Source of the DNA: a virus
Lineage: Duplodnaviria; Caudoviricetes
Length of the DNA stretch: 64,000 bases
Reading direction: 5' to 3' (one strand)
Virus record (IMG/VR): IMGVR_UViG_3300016371_000007
Span: 11,873-75,872 of that record
Notes under the pieces: model-generated
The model's database searches: none
Told to the model about the DNA's origin: nothing
The model's input: the letters and a program-made list of their open reading frames with translations, nothing else
Made by a program: the position numbers and the translations under genes
Shown: piece by piece, positions 60,844 through 64,000 of the stretch
Numbering within the stretch: the first letter of the stretch is position 1
Layout: every line of letters starts with the position of its first letter

Positions 60844-62578
60844 CCCATCCGTTAAGGATCCGACCCAGGCGAAGGCCTATCTCTGGGCGTTGATCCGGCG
60901 GCTCCTGGACACCGAGCGCTATGCCCTGGCCGGGGCGCTCCTGTGGGGCGAGGCCCTCTTTAATCCTGGGCCGCGAGCCGTGCAGCAGCTGCTCAAGTTC
61001 ATTCGCCAGTCACAGAACCTGATCTGCCTGGGCGCTGCGGCGGTTGGGAAGACCTATACCATGATCTGCTACCTCCTGATGGACTGGCTCCGGGATCCTC
61101 AGTACACTGAGATCAAAGTCATCTCGACTACCTCAGGCCATGCGAAGAGCCAGAGCTTCTCTACGTTACAACGCCTCTACAAGGCGGCCTTGGTTCCCCT
61201 GCCAGGGTTCACGATGGACGGATTCGTTGGTCTTGATCCTAAGGATCGGCACGGCTCGATATCACTTATTGCAGTGCCACAGGGCGAGGACGGGCGCGGA
61301 GTACTTCAGGGCTATCATCCAGTTCCTCGTACACGGCCTCACCCGACTTTCGGCAGCATGTCCCGCGTCAGGGCGCTACTCGACGAGGCCGAGGAGATAC
61401 CCTCAGGTGTCTGGGAGGGTGTCGCCAACCTCTTGGCGAGCGGCTGGGGGCCGGAGACGGTCAAGGTATGCTGTGCCACGAACCCCAGGGACGTGACCAG
61501 TAAACTGGCCCAGCTGGCCGAGCCGGTGACTGGGTGGACTACGCTCAACATGGACACCGACACCGAGTGGGTCAGCGCCGAGCGCTGGCAGGTTTTACGC
61601 CTGGACGGTGCCACCACCGAGAATGTGGCCGAACGCAAGCTGGTCTTCCCTGGCTTCCTGACCTTCGATGGCTTCCAGAAATACGCCCTCGAGCTAGGCG
61701 GCCAGAGCCCGAAGTACCTCACCTTTGGCAGGGCGATGTACCCGTTGGCTGCCTTACAGAATACCATCATCCCTTACTCGCTCCTGGAGGCGGTGATCGG
61801 CCAGTATATTTTCGACCAGCGCACCATCGGGATCGCCGGAATCGACCTCGCTGCCGAGGGCGGCGACAGGATCATTGTCTTTGTCGGCGTGTACGGTCGG
61901 GCCATCGGATTCACTCCCTTACGCGGCACGCCCAGCCTTTGGAAGAAGCCACGGTACTGCATTCAGGCGAACCAATGGTATGAGTTGCCCAAGGAGAAGA
62001 CTATCGCCCTGGCTTCCAGCATCGAGACCCGGCTCCGGGGCCTGAATATTCACCCCGCCTGGACGACAGTGGATAGAACCGGGATCGGCACCGGCCCCTG
62101 TGATGCTCTCCAGGAACAGTGGAGTCCCGAGGTGCGAGGTGTCATGTGGGGTGCCGAGGCCAGCGCTCTCAAGATCCTCTCGGACGATCACGATTTCAGC
62201 GTGGAAGTGTACGACGGGATCACCACCGAGATGTACATGAGGGTGCGCAAGTTCCTTGAGTTTGGCTTCCTATGCATTCACCCCCAGGTGCAGACCCCGC
62301 AGCTGTTCAAGGAGCTGTCGGGCCGCCGTTACCAGGATGCCACCAAGGGGCCAAGCGGCAAGCCGCGCATCAGATTAGAGCCCAAGAAAGAATTTAAACG
62401 CAGGCTGGGGTGGTCGCCGGACATCGGAGATGCCCTGGTGATGATGTGCCATGGCGCTGCCCTCAACGGTCCAGAGAAAGCGACCATGCTGGGAGCGACC
62501 CGCTCAGTGCTGGCCCAGCGGCCTAAGAGTAACCTTGGGATCCGGGAGCAGACCGAGTACATCCATGACTGGGAGTAG
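60767..62578 (+). CDS. terL: Terminase large subunit
   Basis: Walker A-like GAAAVGKT, Walker B LLDEAEE, nuclease GIDLA..G.D, VDRTGIG, SPD.GDAL. Confidence 0.88.
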   Translation: MDLLELRRNCGDGSDEELVKAVSAIDPSVKDPTQAKAYLWALIRRLLDTERYALAGALLWGEALFNPGPRAVQQLLKFIRQSQNLICLGAAAVGKTYTMICYLLMDWLRDPQYTEIKVISTTSGHAKSQSFSTLQRLYKAALVPLPGFTMDGFVGLDPKDRHGSISLIAVPQGEDGRGVLQGYHPVPRTRPHPTFGSMSRVRALLDEAEEIPSGVWEGVANLLASGWGPETVKVCCATNPRDVTSKLAQLAEPVTGWTTLNMDTDTEWVSAERWQVLRLDGATTENVAERKLVFPGFLTFDGFQKYALELGGQSPKYLTFGRAMYPLAALQNTIIPYSLLEAVIGQYIFDQRTIGIAGIDLAAEGGDRIIVFVGVYGRAIGFTPLRGTPSLWKKPRYCIQANQWYELPKEKTIALASSIETRLRGLNIHPAWTTVDRTGIGTGPCDALQEQWSPEVRGVMWGAEASALKILSDDHDFSVEVYDGITTEMYMRVRKFLEFGFLCIHPQVQTPQLFKELSGRRYQDATKGPSGKPRIRLEPKKEFKRRLGWSPDIGDALVMMCHGAALNGPEKATMLGATRSVLAQRPKSNLGIREQTEYIHDWE

Positions 62579-62739
62579 TCAGAGCCCAAATAGGTGGAGA
62601 AGCTAAGGAACTTGCTATGACTAATGGAATTCAGGATCTGGCAAAGAACAGCTGGCTCTGACCACGAGCTAATCTTTTAGGTTTTGGGGAATGTCAAGAA
62701 GGAGTATAGCTAGCGCTAGCGTTCTCCTCTCCTTTTTCC

Positions 62740-63045
62740 ATGAAGAGTATCCCACCGTTCTCGAAAGAAATGTACACCGGAGACACGGTCTCCAATGACG
62801 AAGGGCAGCGGGCAGGCTTCCTTGACCACGTCAAGATGACTAAATGCGCCGAGCGGGAGCCGAGGAAAGGGCTGGCCGACTTCCAGGAGCAGCCTCCTGG
62901 GCTGGCTCCCAACCCCGAGTACCCCGAGTTTAAGAAACGATCCGACGACGGTTTGCCGAGCTTCCCGGCTCCGTTCAGTAAGACTACCATTAAGGGCGGC
63001 CCCAAGGCACCAGGAACCCCGGCTCCAGGCCAGAACGCATTCTAA
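62740..63045 (+). CDS. Hypothetical Pro-rich protein
   Basis: ORF between terL and the portal. Confidence 0.6.
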   Translation: MKSIPPFSKEMYTGDTVSNDEGQRAGFLDHVKMTKCAEREPRKGLADFQEQPPGLAPNPEYPEFKKRSDDGLPSFPAPFSKTTIKGGPKAPGTPAPGQNAF

Positions 63046-63062
63046 AAAAGCATGCTTTTTAA

Positions 63063-63695
63063 ATGGCTGTCGAGTACGGGATCATTACTTCGGTAGTGCC
63101 TCCTCAGGGCTGGCACTATCCCCAACAACTATCAAGCGGGCAGAACGTCAAGATCACCGGCTTCTCTTTCGAGCAGCTCCTCTCCAGCATGCTGGACTTT
63201 CGCCGCAGGCACCCCGAGCTTTGCGGCGGCATGGCCCAGGCCACCATGGAGATGTGCCGCACCGACCTGAAGCGGTATCTCTGTGAACATTTCCGCCAGA
63301 ACTGTGCGGATGCTCCTACCTCCCCGACCATCACAGCAGGGATCGGTATGGCTCGCACTTATCACACTCCCATTGACCGGGCCGGAGACTGGCTCTCACG
63401 TGTCGGCCATATGCGGCTGGAGAAAGTAGATCCAGCCCTGGCCGCACAGCGAGCCCACATCTGTGCCAGCTGCCCGCAGAACGTGCGGTGGGCCACGCCG
63501 TGCGCCCCGTGCAATGATGCGATCAGCGTACGGATCCAGAACGCCAAGGGGAGCTTGGCTACTCCCTACGACCGCAACCTGTTTGTGTGTCGGGTCTACG
63601 GTCACACCAACGAGGTAGCAGTCTGGCTGACCGACACCCACGCCGCTCCCCAAGGTAACCCCCCGCCAGTTTGCTGGCACAATCCACATGGCTAG
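63063..63695 (+). CDS. Cys-rich hypothetical protein
   Basis: CASCPQN, CAPC, C.VYGH, terminal CW; overlaps the portal start. Confidence 0.7.
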   Translation: MAVEYGIITSVVPPQGWHYPQQLSSGQNVKITGFSFEQLLSSMLDFRRRHPELCGGMAQATMEMCRTDLKRYLCEHFRQNCADAPTSPTITAGIGMARTYHTPIDRAGDWLSRVGHMRLEKVDPALAAQRAHICASCPQNVRWATPCAPCNDAISVRIQNAKGSLATPYDRNLFVCRVYGHTNEVAVWLTDTHAAPQGNPPPVCWHNPHG

Positions 63696-64000
63696 CGATA
63701 ACATTACTGCCTCTTTCGGAGGCGAACAACTTGGGCGCATGAATAGCCCCAAGTTCAAAGGCGACACCACGGAGGTAGCAAACAAGCCGATCTCCTCGGC
63801 CTACCAAGCCTTCGAAATTTTCCAGCGCCTGCAAAGGGACAACCAAGCCAGAGCTAACCGCAATAAGCTCATTGCCGATTCTTACAATGGCGCTTCTCCG
63901 TTCGACCAAAAGAAGCTCGACAACGCCGGGGAAGGTTGGCGTGCGAACTTCTCGACCTTGGTCCTGGCCACATTTGTAGACCGGGTAGTTCCTCGGCTAG
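63688..64000 (+). CDS. Probable portal protein, 3'-truncated
   Basis: Not in the track; open from ATG 63688 to the window end (MASDNITASF...DN..RA.RN.LI...YNG..PF....L...G..WRANF); position after terL. Confidence 0.6.
   Translation, partial: MASDNITASFGGEQLGRMNSPKFKGDTTEVANKPISSAYQAFEIFQRLQRDNQARANRNKLIADSYNGASPFDQKKLDNAGEGWRANFSTLVLATFVDRVVPRL

Noticed and set aside
62709-62720. Perfect palindrome GCTAGCGCTAGC upstream of 62740
   Set aside because: Single short instance; similar strings occur in coding sequence.
1-64000. CRISPR array, tRNA or rRNA genes
   Set aside because: No regularly spaced repeat-spacer units and no cloverleaf with T-loop/anticodon geometry were seen by eye; tRNAscan was not run.

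Overview
This window is most of the genome of a GC-rich, tailed dsDNA phage with a podovirus-like layout. The host is probably a diderm bacterium, since the phage carries an autotransporter beta-barrel gene. It opens inside a tail gene and ends inside a probable portal gene, so the head genes probably lie just outside the window. Layout: (1) 1-21.3 kb, tail and DNA-ejection (internal virion) module ending in a 2931-aa polyvalent protein; (2) 21.4-23.2 kb, inverted block of small basic proteins; (3) 23.3-34.4 kb, collagen-like tail fibres and small Pro-rich ORFs; (4) 34.7-35.8 kb, His/Pro-rich autotransporter; (5) 36-43.8 kb, leftward small regulatory and hypothetical genes, including a HiPIP-like mini-protein and a TerS-like protein; (6) 43.9-59.2 kb, rightward early, recombination and replication genes (Ku, PAPS-reductase family, DUF932, HNH, Bet/RecT, SF2 helicase, VRR-NUC); (7) 60-64 kb, replication-type protein, terminase large subunit and portal. 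The most striking feature is an intact YcaO-TfuA pair, the enzymes of peptide-backbone thioamidation. It is inserted with overlapping reading frames among the ejection-protein genes, whose products share a repeated x-x-x-G-G-x-V motif. A 13-bp motif AAACGTTGCGCAT (9 copies, at gene boundaries or in non-coding DNA) and a family of near-leaderless sigma70-type promoters are also visible. All family assignments come from motif recognition by eye; no database search was run.
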